Shown here: piece by piece, positions 26,200 through 35,472 of the stretch
How the letters are laid out: every line of letters begins with the position of its first letter
Position numbering within the stretch: position 1 is the stretch's first letter
Virus record (IMG/VR): IMGVR_UViG_3300017963_000192
Location: 1 to 64,000 of that record
DNA length: 64,000 nt
Reading direction: 5' to 3' (one strand)
The notes under the pieces: generated by a model
Databases searched by the model: none
What the model was told of the DNA's origin: nothing
Seen by the model: the letters and a program-made list of their open reading frames with translations, nothing else
Position numbers and translations under genes: made by a program

Positions 26200-26901
26200 T
26201 TAATCCTCTTCTATATAATACTCTGGATTTTCAACATCCCTTTTTTCTAATTTATGATCAAAAGTAGTATAGTATGGTTTAACTTCTTTTTCAAAAGGTA
26301 ATTCAATTTCACCGATTAAGTTCAAATATTTATCTAAAACTTTATTTTTAATTTCTCTTATCTCATTAGGAGTCATATCGTAAGTTCTAATAAAGGGTTC
26401 TCCGTATTCTTGTTCATAAGCCCATTCAAAGAGTTTATCTATATCTTGATATTTGAAATATATATCCATCCAACCTTTAGGATATTCTTCAACTTTACTA
26501 TTGTTAACAACACCCCCGAAGTATTCAATTAGGTAAATATAAAAAAATCTATTGGGGTCAAGTGAATCTGATTCTCTGCTTATAATATAATGAATAATTT
26601 CTTCTTCGTTTTCTCCCGCTTCTGATTTAAAAGCTTCAATTTCACTCTTAAATGCTTTAACAACTTCTGCATTTATCATAGATTCTGTAATATCGTCTTC
26701 TTTTGTTAAGCCGTACTGCGTTTTTAACATAAGAGGTGTCATACCCTTAGTATAGTAATCTTTCCAGGCATTTTTGAAATCGTTTTTGAATTTTTCATTA
26801 TTTAGTAACGATTCTATAGCGTTATTGAAATTAGAGATAGTTATTTTTTTATTACTCTTTTTTAATAATTCATTTATATTAATTATTTTTCTAAAATTCA
26901 T
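26200..26901 (-). CDS. hypothetical protein with MNF tag
   Basis: Start set at MNFRK (TAATG overlap with the upstream stop). Confidence 0.7.
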   Translation of the reverse strand: MNFRKIININELLKKSNKKITISNFNNAIESLLNNEKFKNDFKNAWKDYYTKGMTPLMLKTQYGLTKEDDITESMINAEVVKAFKSEIEAFKSEAGENEEEIIHYIISRESDSLDPNRFFYIYLIEYFGGVVNNSKVEEYPKGWMDIYFKYQDIDKLFEWAYEQEYGEPFIRTYDMTPNEIREIKNKVLDKYLNLIGEIELPFEKEVKPYYTTFDHKLEKRDVENPEYYIEED

Positions 26902-28613
26902 TATTCTCCCCAAATCTCATTAAGGATTTCATATATTAAATAAATTTGATCATCGTTAAATTTCCATCTTACATTTACGTTTTTATCTGCCCATTCCATT
27001 GGAGTATTTGTACCTTTTTCTTCACTCATAGCACACCAATCGGTACAATTATGTAAAAAAATTCCTGATGTGATTGCAAAGTTATGATGAACGTCAACTG
27101 TCATATCAAAAACATCTTTTTTTATGTCTTGTTTTTTTATGCTTATTATTTTATGGTTAACTGTATTATTTTTATGGGTTTTCATATGATTTCCTAAACC
27201 ACCAGAGTTTCCGCAAATTTTACCACAAACAGAACATTCTATTGGCGTAGTGGCGTTTTTAATAGATGTTTTTCTCATTTTTTCTTTGTATTTAGGGTTT
27301 TTCCAAATTTCTGAATTTCGGTTGGATTGTTTTTGTCTCCAATCAGGTATTACTTCGTGAAAACTTTTTATATGATTGGACAATGCTCCAACATTTCCAA
27401 AAATTTTACCACAATAATTACATTTTTTACTTTTTTTATTTAATTCAATCATATTTTTAGACGCTGTTTTTTTGTGTTTTTTTGATTTGTTGTAATTAGT
27501 TAAATTTTTTGGTCCAGTTGTTTTACCTATAATTCCAACTCTTGTTTTTTGTTTTTTTCTAAATGCAGGATTTTCCCATAATTTTTTAAGAACAGTACTT
27601 CCTACTTTTTTTTGTTTTTCAGAATGAATTTTGTAGTGGTTTTCTTTAGTCATTATTTCTAAATTAGAGGGGTCATTGTTTTTTTTATTATTTTCATCCA
27701 TAAAATTTTTATGGTGACAAACTAATTGGTTTGTTCCAAATTTTTTTGTATAATATTGATAACCACCAAAATACTCATCTACCATCATTCTATGTGTTAA
27801 CTTCCATTTATTGACATTTAAGTTGTATATTTGTTCATAACCATCTTTATCTTTCCTATATAGAGGCATAAGACTGTCTCCAACAACTAAATCTTTAACT
27901 TCTTTATAAGTACCATCTCTCATCATAAATTTGTGATTATCAGTACAATCTACATATAAATCGTTATCTAGCGTGATTCTATATACCGTTGCATTTTTTT
28001 TAGTTTTTCTTACACTATGCCCTTTTCCAGGTACTATTTTACCTTCTGTTGTACAAGAATATACCCAAAATTCTTTTTCATTTACTAAATCTTTTATTTG
28101 TGTCTCTTTTCCATTTAATAAGGAAATTTTAGTATCTCCTGTTAAACACATTTCAGCTATATCTAAATCTTCCATAGCAGTAGCATCTATAATCTCATCT
28201 GGTATTTCATCTCTGTTTTCTCTATTAATTTTACCTTTATTCTTACAATGAAATTCAGGGTGATGTCTATTATTATTAACGTGATGTTCTGTAGCATTGT
28301 TCATTAATTCTCTAACATCATCTGAAATATCAAAAGTGACGCCATCGTCTTTACACTTATAATCCCATGTTACTAAAATATAAGGTTCAAGTTCTGGATC
28401 TTTATATTTGCTTTGGTCGTGATCTTCCCCTCTTTCGATTATACCCTCAAATCTATTACCAAATCTATTGTGAATTCTTTTACAGTATTTCTTTGTTAAG
28501 TCAATATGGTTTTTAGTTCTTTTATCAAAGAAATCTTTCATACCTTGAGTAATATTAAGTCCCATTGCTTGTCTAATCAATTCGTTTATGCTATCTGCTA
28601 ATTTAAAATTCAT
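26901..28613 (-). CDS. DUF5662/HD-like protein with MNF tag, interrupted by an intein
   Basis: HDQSK, HH..NRHHPE, DIAEM|CTDW. Confidence 0.75.
   Translation of the reverse strand: MNFKLADSINELIRQAMGLNITQGMKDFFDKRTKNHIDLTKKYCKRIHNRFGNRFEGIIERGEDHDQSKYKDPELEPYILVTWDYKCKDDGVTFDISDDVRELMNNATEHHVNNNRHHPEFHCKNKGKINRENRDEIPDEIIDATAMEDLDIAEMCLTGDTKISLLNGKETQIKDLVNEKEFWVYSCTTEGKIVPGKGHSVRKTKKNATVYRITLDNDLYVDCTDNHKFMMRDGTYKEVKDLVVGDSLMPLYRKDKDGYEQIYNLNVNKWKLTHRMMVDEYFGGYQYYTKKFGTNQLVCHHKNFMDENNKKNNDPSNLEIMTKENHYKIHSEKQKKVGSTVLKKLWENPAFRKKQKTRVGIIGKTTGPKNLTNYNKSKKHKKTASKNMIELNKKSKKCNYCGKIFGNVGALSNHIKSFHEVIPDWRQKQSNRNSEIWKNPKYKEKMRKTSIKNATTPIECSVCGKICGNSGGLGNHMKTHKNNTVNHKIISIKKQDIKKDVFDMTVDVHHNFAITSGIFLHNCTDWCAMSEEKGTNTPMEWADKNVNVRWKFNDDQIYLIYEILNEIWGE
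27048..28148 (-). mobile_element. 367-aa intein with HNH domain and two C2H2 zinc fingers
   Basis: CLTGDT start; DMTVDVHHNF..LHN|C end; THR..VCHHKN..NN..NL. Confidence 0.92.
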
Positions 28614-28623
28614 CTAAAAATTC

Positions 28624-29136
28624 CTATATTTTATTAAATTTATCAAATAATCTTTTACCTTCTTCAGTTTGTGGTCCTATAATATGTATACTCGTTTTAT
28701 TTGTAATATCCATAGCAAATTGTATCATAGCTTCTCCTATACCCATATTTTGATATTCAGGATTAACCTCAATTGCATTAATACTCTCTCCCCATATTAT
28801 TAAAACGTTATGTTTTGTATATTTTGCTGTATTATAATCATCCCAAACAAACCAACCGATTATTTTATTTTCATTTAAATGTATTGTTTGTATTTTAGGT
28901 TTATTGACAAGTCTTTGCAAATAACATAATTCTCCATTAGGTAGTGTTAGTGGTCTAATATAATTATTTATTTCTTCATCTGATAATCCCCATTGCCTTT
29001 TTAATCTATTAACACTGTATTGATAATTGGGACTATCTTCGTATGTTTTTTGATTTTCTAAATATTCTTCTTCATCAAATTCTTCGGAAATTTTTCTAAA
29101 AAAACCATCTATGTTATTTACCTTTCTAAAGTTCAT
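28624..29136 (-). CDS. GNAT-fold acetyltransferase-like protein with MNF tag
   Basis: IEVNPEYQNMGIGEAM..QTEEG. Confidence 0.65.
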   Translation of the reverse strand: MNFRKVNNIDGFFRKISEEFDEEEYLENQKTYEDSPNYQYSVNRLKRQWGLSDEEINNYIRPLTLPNGELCYLQRLVNKPKIQTIHLNENKIIGWFVWDDYNTAKYTKHNVLIIWGESINAIEVNPEYQNMGIGEAMIQFAMDITNKTSIHIIGPQTEEGKRLFDKFNKI

Positions 29137-30132
29137 TTAAAAAACTCCCATCTTTGCTAAATCTTCATCCCATTCAGTAGTGTCTTTATTAGACAATTCG
29201 TCTAAAAGAAACTTATCAACATTATAATGTTCTTCTTCAATATAGTCAAGCATACTTCCTGTTTGATGTGACGTATTTAATGCTATATTAATAGTTACAA
29301 TTTTATCTTTAAGTGATTTATTTTTTAAGTTTTTAAGTTCGTAATCTATTTCTTCTATTGTTTCTCTTGTTTCTACAATTCCTTGCTGTTCCCAATAATC
29401 AAACCACAGAGGAAAAACTCTTTTCTCATAAAAATTTTTAATCATTTCTTGTATGTCGGGGTGTTCTTTTATTATTGGATCAAGATTTTCAGAATCAAAA
29501 TACCAATATGTGTCAATATATTCTTCTAATTCTTGAGGATTATCTAGATTTAAATTTTCAAGATATTCAATATTTTCTTTTGTGTTTTTATAAGATTCTT
29601 CGTCTTCTGTTTCTTTAAAATAATCCAACTCTTCATTTAGACTTTGAATAGTATATTCTATTTCTTCTTCAAAAATATTTTTGAAATATTTTAGATTGTC
29701 TAAAAAAAATTCTTTTTTAAAATCGTGCTGATCTTTTTCTCCTATTTCATCTAAATATCTGTAGTATTCGTCTTCAACCATATTTAAAGAAAATTCTTCA
29801 TCATGTGAATCTATTAATCTACTTCTAGCCCAAGTTTCGGCAGAGAGAAGAGCGTGTGTTTCTAACCACTTATCAAAGACTTTTAATAAATCTTCTCCAA
29901 CTTTATTCAATACTTTATTAAGATTGACTTCTATTATGGAGAGTATGTTATCTTTTCTTTTTGGGTTTATACCTAAAGATTGTTCGATTTTGTATTTCTT
30001 ATATTCCCATTCATATATAGTTTCTAGATTTTCTGCCATATCTTCAGATACATCTATACCTAAATTTGATGTTTCTATAAATTTAGATAATTTAATTAAA
30101 TCAAATATGTTTTTAATACTTTTAAAATTCAT
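29137..30132 (-). CDS. acidic hypothetical protein with MNF tag
   Basis: MNFKSIKNIFDLIKLS. Confidence 0.7.
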   Translation of the reverse strand: MNFKSIKNIFDLIKLSKFIETSNLGIDVSEDMAENLETIYEWEYKKYKIEQSLGINPKRKDNILSIIEVNLNKVLNKVGEDLLKVFDKWLETHALLSAETWARSRLIDSHDEEFSLNMVEDEYYRYLDEIGEKDQHDFKKEFFLDNLKYFKNIFEEEIEYTIQSLNEELDYFKETEDEESYKNTKENIEYLENLNLDNPQELEEYIDTYWYFDSENLDPIIKEHPDIQEMIKNFYEKRVFPLWFDYWEQQGIVETRETIEEIDYELKNLKNKSLKDKIVTINIALNTSHQTGSMLDYIEEEHYNVDKFLLDELSNKDTTEWDEDLAKMGVF

Positions 30133-30133
30133 A

Positions 30134-30574
30134 TTAAAACTTTTTTGTAAATCCTATTTTAGTTTCAAAGCTGTCATCAGAATGTAATCCATCTCTACAT
30201 ATTTTATAAGGTTTTCCTTTAATAGAAACATAAAAATCAACATCTTCAATTTTACCTTCATATTTTAGTTCGACTTTTGTTTCACCCATAATATCGTGGT
30301 CATCACCTTTAATTGCTTTTCCTATTTCGCCAAATTTTGGTTTTATTTTATAACTTAATTTTCCACCCTCTTCAAAGTCAAATGTTTGTTTATCTGGTCT
30401 ATATTTTTTACCATATCTTAAAACACGCCTACCAGTTTTTTTCAACCAGTTATATTTTTTATCTTCTTCCCATAATTCTCTATCAGATTTTTTAAATTCA
30501 TCCACCCTAAAATTAGGATCATATTTGCTTTCTTCTTCAAGATATTTTAGATTATCTTTTTTATTCTTACTCAT
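30134..30574 (-). CDS. hypothetical protein
   Basis: 146 aa, coupled to neighbours. Confidence 0.6.
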   Translation of the reverse strand: MSKNKKDNLKYLEEESKYDPNFRVDEFKKSDRELWEEDKKYNWLKKTGRRVLRYGKKYRPDKQTFDFEEGGKLSYKIKPKFGEIGKAIKGDDHDIMGETKVELKYEGKIEDVDFYVSIKGKPYKICRDGLHSDDSFETKIGFTKKF

Positions 30575-30588
30575 AGATTATTTTCCTA

Positions 30589-31377
30589 TTATAAAAATAG
30601 TCTTAAACTCACATCTACTATTGAGTCTGTAGAATTAACATTTACTGGTGGATTTGATGTATATTCTCTTCTAAATCCAATCTTAAATCCTATTCCGCTT
30701 TTCTTTGTCCATTTTAAATCAAGAAAATCAAAACTCAAAGATGTTTCAAGTATAAATCTATATTCAGAAAAATCGTACAAAGGAATGTAATAACAAAAGA
30801 ATTGATATTTGATTACTTTAAAAAAGAATATGTCTATTCTATATCTAAAAGAATGGACAAAAGTATTAACAACATTTCTTGTTTTATAATCTTCATATTG
30901 ATATGTTGGAGCATAACTAATATCCATTAATAAATAGGGGTTATTAAATATAATTAATTTAGGACCTATTCCAGTATTATTTCTGTATACGAGCTGTTCC
31001 ATTTCGCTGTATTTGTTAAATGAAAAGAAAAACAATTCAAATCTTTTATGTAGTAAATAGTCTAAGTTAACTTTTCCAAAACCTTCATTAGAATGTATTT
31101 CAGATCCATCTGATTTTTCTTTGCTATATGAAAAATTAAAAGATGTTTTGTACGTGAAAATACCATTAAAATACATTATGCTGGTACTACCACTTATCCC
31201 TATTGCGTCTATATTTCCAGTTTGGTTTTTAAAAGAAAAGTCAAGAGTGTAGAACCACTTTTTGTCATCTTTCTCTTTCTTTTTTAAAGGTTGGGTTGTC
31301 CATAGTATATTACCAATATTAGCAAATACAGGTAATGTGAATAACATTATTATTGTTAATAATATTAGTTTCTTCAT
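30589..31377 (-). CDS. outer-membrane beta-barrel (DUF481-like)
   Basis: Signal peptide MKKLILL..VFA; QTGN motif; alternating beta pattern; terminal SLRLFL. Confidence 0.7.
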   Translation of the reverse strand: MKKLILLTIIMLFTLPVFANIGNILWTTQPLKKKEKDDKKWFYTLDFSFKNQTGNIDAIGISGSTSIMYFNGIFTYKTSFNFSYSKEKSDGSEIHSNEGFGKVNLDYLLHKRFELFFFSFNKYSEMEQLVYRNNTGIGPKLIIFNNPYLLMDISYAPTYQYEDYKTRNVVNTFVHSFRYRIDIFFFKVIKYQFFCYYIPLYDFSEYRFILETSLSFDFLDLKWTKKSGIGFKIGFRREYTSNPPVNVNSTDSIVDVSLRLFL

Positions 31378-31458
31378 AGAATAACCCACTAACTCTTAAA
31401 ATGTATTTAAAAGATAAAAATTTTTTAAGAATTTTTAAGGTTAGTGGGTTACAAAATA

Positions 31459-32127
31459 TTAATTAACAATTTCTTTAGAATCTTCTTCTAGTTCGTTTTT
31501 TATGTGAACAACTGGTTCTTTTTTTGCGTCATCTTTTCCGTTTCCGTTAGTTTTATCTTCCAAACTCTCAAATTTTGGTAGTTGTGGGGTTATTAGATGG
31601 CTGGTATCATCAGCTTCTGTTAATCTAATATCCGTTAAAGGTAGAATCTTTTTAATTAACTCATCAGCCTCAACTTTAATAGTTAATAAAATATCTTTAG
31701 ATGCTTTAACTCTTCCAGAAGATTTAATTATTGTATCATGTTCATCAACAACAAGATTTGCATGTTTATAAATCTTCATAAACACAACATTAAATTTTTG
31801 TATTAAATCTAATATTAGATTTTGATTTGTTCTTAATCTTTCTCTTTCTCTTTCCGTTACAGACATACATTCTTTGCATTGTTTTGTTCTTCTAGCCTCA
31901 AGTATGTCATTTCTTTCAGCATAAACAGATCGCAATTTCTCTTCCATTCTTAAATTTTCTTCTGTAAGTTCGCCTATCCTTTTCGTTAAGTTAGTTATTT
32001 TTTTTGACAAGCTTGCAGTCGTATCGTCAACTCCTCTTGAATAACCTTCCACTCTTGCCAAAGATGTATCTTTTTTTAACAAAAAATGTAAATGAATCTT
32101 TTCTTTGACTTTTTTAAAAATATTCAT
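31459..32127 (-). CDS. coiled-coil hypothetical protein
   Basis: 222 aa. Confidence 0.65.
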   Translation of the reverse strand: MNIFKKVKEKIHLHFLLKKDTSLARVEGYSRGVDDTTASLSKKITNLTKRIGELTEENLRMEEKLRSVYAERNDILEARRTKQCKECMSVTERERERLRTNQNLILDLIQKFNVVFMKIYKHANLVVDEHDTIIKSSGRVKASKDILLTIKVEADELIKKILPLTDIRLTEADDTSHLITPQLPKFESLEDKTNGNGKDDAKKEPVVHIKNELEEDSKEIVN

Positions 32128-32142
32128 AGCTTTTCCTCCTTG

Positions 32143-32346
32143 CTATTTTGAAGAATATCCATTACTTGCGTTTCCGCAATTGCCTACGTTAACTGAAAAA
32201 GGTAATGCGGAATATTTCCTTCTGGCCATCTCTCCACACTTTTTACATTTTATTTGTGGAGGAAATGGCTCGTTTCTTAGTTCATAAGGTTTATGATGTG
32301 TAAAAATATCACCACATTCACAAACGTAATCTGCCATCATAAACAA
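32143..32346 (-). CDS. FmdB-like Zn-ribbon protein
   Basis: YVCECG..CKKCGEMARRKYS. Confidence 0.6.
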   Translation of the reverse strand: MFMMADYVCECGDIFTHHKPYELRNEPFPPQIKCKKCGEMARRKYSALPFSVNVGNCGNASNGYSSK

Positions 32347-32700
32347 TATCCCCAGTAATTTTAAATTCGAATATTTTTTACAACTTCTTTTACCAATTCT
32401 TCAGATATTGATATCAATTTTCTTGAAATTATTAGTATTATAGATAGGGCAAGCCAACCAAAAGGTAAAAGCATACTAGGAATTACAATAATCCAATATT
32501 CTTTAGGATTGCTATAATCATATTTAGTAAACCTATTAGTTAGTAGGTGCAATGTTTCAGGGAAAACAAAGTTAAATATATTTGGTAAATACCCGAAACA
32601 GAATAAAAAACTATTTCCTAAAAATTCTATCATAATCTTAAATTGTTATGTCCCTTATTAAAAAATTAATAATTTTTATCAAGCATTTTTTTATAATAAT

Positions 32701-33297
32701 CTAAAAATTAAGTGAAATTCCTCCCCCAAAGCTTCTAGTACCTTTGTATGAAACCCCACTATAAAAATGTACTCTTGTATTTCCTAATACCTTTTTAAAA
32801 GGTCTCCATGATATAGAACCTCCAGCAGAGTATACTCCGACATATAAATGTGCTCCTAATCCTTCAATTATATTAATTTTTAGTGGTTCTAAACTAAAAA
32901 ATTGGACTCCTATTTTAGGATCAACGTAGCTATTTCCTATTCCACTCTCTACCATTGCTGCCATACTTATTGTAAAGGGAAAGTATCTTATTTTTTCTTT
33001 TTTAGTTAACACTTCAAATTTAATTTCGTATATTAAAGGTTTATCTCCTTCTATTTGAAATTCGACCTTTTGTATTACAACCTTTGTTTCATCAATAATT
33101 TTATAATGTATTTTTGGTATTGTATTTATAAGATTGTTCCATCTTTTAGCTTGCCATCTTATTATTGCTTTATCTTTTTCTAGTCTTTTATATAATTCTT
33201 CAGCCTCTTTTATTGAAAAACACACGTCACCCGTATCTCCTTTAGTAGATGTAGCAAATATAATCAAAGCTAATAAAACAAATATAATCTTTTTCAT
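32701..33297 (-). CDS. exported protein in the lysis module (spanin-like?)
   Basis: Signal peptide; 4-nt overlap with the upstream TM gene. Confidence 0.45.
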   Translation of the reverse strand: MKKIIFVLLALIIFATSTKGDTGDVCFSIKEAEELYKRLEKDKAIIRWQAKRWNNLINTIPKIHYKIIDETKVVIQKVEFQIEGDKPLIYEIKFEVLTKKEKIRYFPFTISMAAMVESGIGNSYVDPKIGVQFFSLEPLKINIIEGLGAHLYVGVYSAGGSISWRPFKKVLGNTRVHFYSGVSYKGTRSFGGGISLNF

Positions 33298-33629
33298 TTT
33301 TTTGTTCCTTTAATATGTTTTTTAATCTTATTCTTTATCATTTCTTGTTTTTTAGTTATATCTATTATATCGGATTTGTGAGACGGGGTGGACGGTTTGG
33401 AGTTATGTTTAATATCTTTTTGTTTTATTTTTATTGGACTGTTGCCGAGAGTTTTTAAATAATCTGTAACCCCTGTCCATTTCAATAAAACCAAAAACAT
33501 TATTAGAATCCCTAAAACAATTACGATTCTAATTATCAAAGCAGCAGACCACTTAACATTATTGTTAAGTACTTTTAACCAGGGTTTCATCTCTTTATTT
33601 AAATCAAATTTCATATCATATCTCCTCAA
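33294..33629 (-). CDS. single-TM protein in the lysis module (i-spanin-like?)
   Basis: One TM helix, basic tail. Confidence 0.45.
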   Translation of the reverse strand: MRRYDMKFDLNKEMKPWLKVLNNNVKWSAALIIRIVIVLGILIMFLVLLKWTGVTDYLKTLGNSPIKIKQKDIKHNSKPSTPSHKSDIIDITKKQEMIKNKIKKHIKGTKK

Positions 33630-33634
33630 GAGTG

Positions 33635-33676
33635 AACTCCAGCAGACAATTCTTATACAAACTGTCTGCTGGAGTT
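33635..33676. terminator. perfect 14-bp hairpin between holin-like and spanin-like genes
   Basis: AACTCCAGCAGACA / TGTCTGCTGGAGTT; the T-run is on the plus strand only. Confidence 0.45.
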
Positions 33677-33776
33677 TTTGGTTGTGAGTTCATAGATTTT
33701 GATTTGAGGTGAGTGTAAGTGAGTCTAAATCAAAAACTTTTCATATTATCTATATATTTATATAATATCCTCCTAT

Positions 33777-34148
33777 TTACTTTACGTTACCGTTTGACCA
33801 TTTAGTTTTAAGGGATCTGAGTGCTCCTATAACAACTGGTATAGCTCCACATATTGTTGCAACCATTGTTGCAATTGGACCGGCTGAATTTTTTACGGAT
33901 TCTATAAACACGTGTGCTTTTTTAAGCTCTAGTTCAGTATTGGCTTTCAATATCATATCAAAGCCTTTCTGAAACTCGTTTACCATTATGAATATAACTA
34001 CTACACCCACAACTTCTAGAAGATACATCCATAATCTTGTTGTCTTACTTAGTATTGTCTCATCAATCCAATCGAATATTTTTCCTATCCATCTGAATTT
34101 AAAAATGACTTTTAATATTTCTTTTAATTTATCTTTTTTTATCGTCAT
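33777..34148 (-). CDS. holin-like membrane protein
   Basis: Two TM helices, directly downstream of the endolysin. Confidence 0.55.
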   Translation of the reverse strand: MTIKKDKLKEILKVIFKFRWIGKIFDWIDETILSKTTRLWMYLLEVVGVVVIFIMVNEFQKGFDMILKANTELELKKAHVFIESVKNSAGPIATMVATICGAIPVVIGALRSLKTKWSNGNVK

Positions 34149-34182
34149 TATATTATACCTCTTTTTAATATTATTTTTTTAA

Positions 34183-34839
34183 TTAACTTAATTTTCCTGA
34201 ATTTTCTTTTTTAATCTTTTTAGCTAACCATTTAACAGGATTAACGGTTTTACCATTAATTCGAACCTCGAAGTGAAGGTGTGCTCCCATACTATATCCG
34301 TAATTTCCTATATCTGCAACCTTGTCTCCAGCATTTAGTCTTTGACCAATGGCTATTACTGTAGGATCTACATGCTTGTAATGAAATGTTACAGTACTAT
34401 CATAAATGGATTGAAGAACAACATAAGGAGTCCAAGCTCTACCACTAGGAATCCCTCTTATATAAACAAATTTCCCAATTCTGTTATCCCATTTAAATTT
34501 AACCGGATATTCTATGTCTGGTCCACGATATTTAACTACTACACTATCTGTAACTGCAAAACATTCCGTATTACGTCCTGTATAGTCTGTTCCACTGTGC
34601 CATGAACGTTTAGCTCCTTTTGCAGGTAACTTTCTCCAACCATAGGATGATGTTACACGTTGAATCTGAACTGGATGGACATGGATTGGATCTTCAAAGA
34701 CTACTTTTTCTTCTTCTATTACAGGTCCTTTATATCTAACTACATCCTTCTCTGTTTCGGTATCATTATACCAATTTTGATTTTCATCTAGTTTGTCTTG
34801 TGGTAGAAAACTTGTTATTAAATCCAGTATAGCTTTCAT
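34183..34839 (-). CDS. M23 peptidase (putative endolysin)
   Basis: HSGTDY (HxxxD), GNYGYSMGAHLHFEV (HxH). Confidence 0.88.
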   Translation of the reverse strand: MKAILDLITSFLPQDKLDENQNWYNDTETEKDVVRYKGPVIEEEKVVFEDPIHVHPVQIQRVTSSYGWRKLPAKGAKRSWHSGTDYTGRNTECFAVTDSVVVKYRGPDIEYPVKFKWDNRIGKFVYIRGIPSGRAWTPYVVLQSIYDSTVTFHYKHVDPTVIAIGQRLNAGDKVADIGNYGYSMGAHLHFEVRINGKTVNPVKWLAKKIKKENSGKLS

Positions 34840-34883
34840 ATTATACTCTACTCTCCTATTTCATATAATTCTTAATATAATTC

Positions 34884-35177
34884 TTAATTGTATCCATATT
34901 GAACATCATCGGATTTATTTAACCAAATCCAAGACTCTAACTTTGTTTTCAAATCTTTCTCAGTTTCTATTTTTTCTAAAACTTCCCAACTAAAACTCTT
35001 CCAACCAAATTTTAATAAAGCATCGTATAGTTTTAAGTACATTGGAATATTTCTTCCATTAATGGCATTATTTCTATGAGCAAGTCTTTCTCTTATAAGA
35101 CAACATTCTGCTGTTCCTATAAAACATTTGCCATTGTTGTTGTTAATAGCCTTATAGATAATCATAAAAACCTCCAA
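34884..35177 (-). CDS. minimal GIY-YIG nuclease domain, degenerate
   Basis: IIYKA..GKCFIG..R..H, LE, GYN; no DNA-binding tail. Confidence 0.7.
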   Translation of the reverse strand: MEVFMIIYKAINNNNGKCFIGTAECCLIRERLAHRNNAINGRNIPMYLKLYDALLKFGWKSFSWEVLEKIETEKDLKTKLESWIWLNKSDDVQYGYN

Positions 35178-35300
35178 AGATGTTTAATTACACACTATCT
35201 ATAAACCTTCTCCTGCTTATATATTATTCCTATCCTTCAAAACTTCGATTCTGTGTTCTAGTTCTATAATATTATTAAAGGAAGCAGTGATTGACATTAT

Positions 35301-35465
35301 TTACAATCTCCTATCTATTTGTTCTATAGCATCTTCCAGCTCTGATATTCTTTGATATAAGTCTTTTAGAGCTTCTTTAGTATTATTATTGGAGACAGAT
35401 TCTATTGAATCTTTAATTTCTTTTTTTGTTTTTTGTTTTTTAACTATCTTTTCTTTTGCCATCAT
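35301..35465 (-). CDS. 54-aa coiled-coil peptide (not in the ORF track)
   Basis: ..NNNTKEALKDLYQRISELEDAIEQIDRRL*. Confidence 0.7.
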   Translation of the reverse strand: MMAKEKIVKKQKTKKEIKDSIESVSNNNTKEALKDLYQRISELEDAIEQIDRRL

Positions 35466-35472
35466 AAACTCC

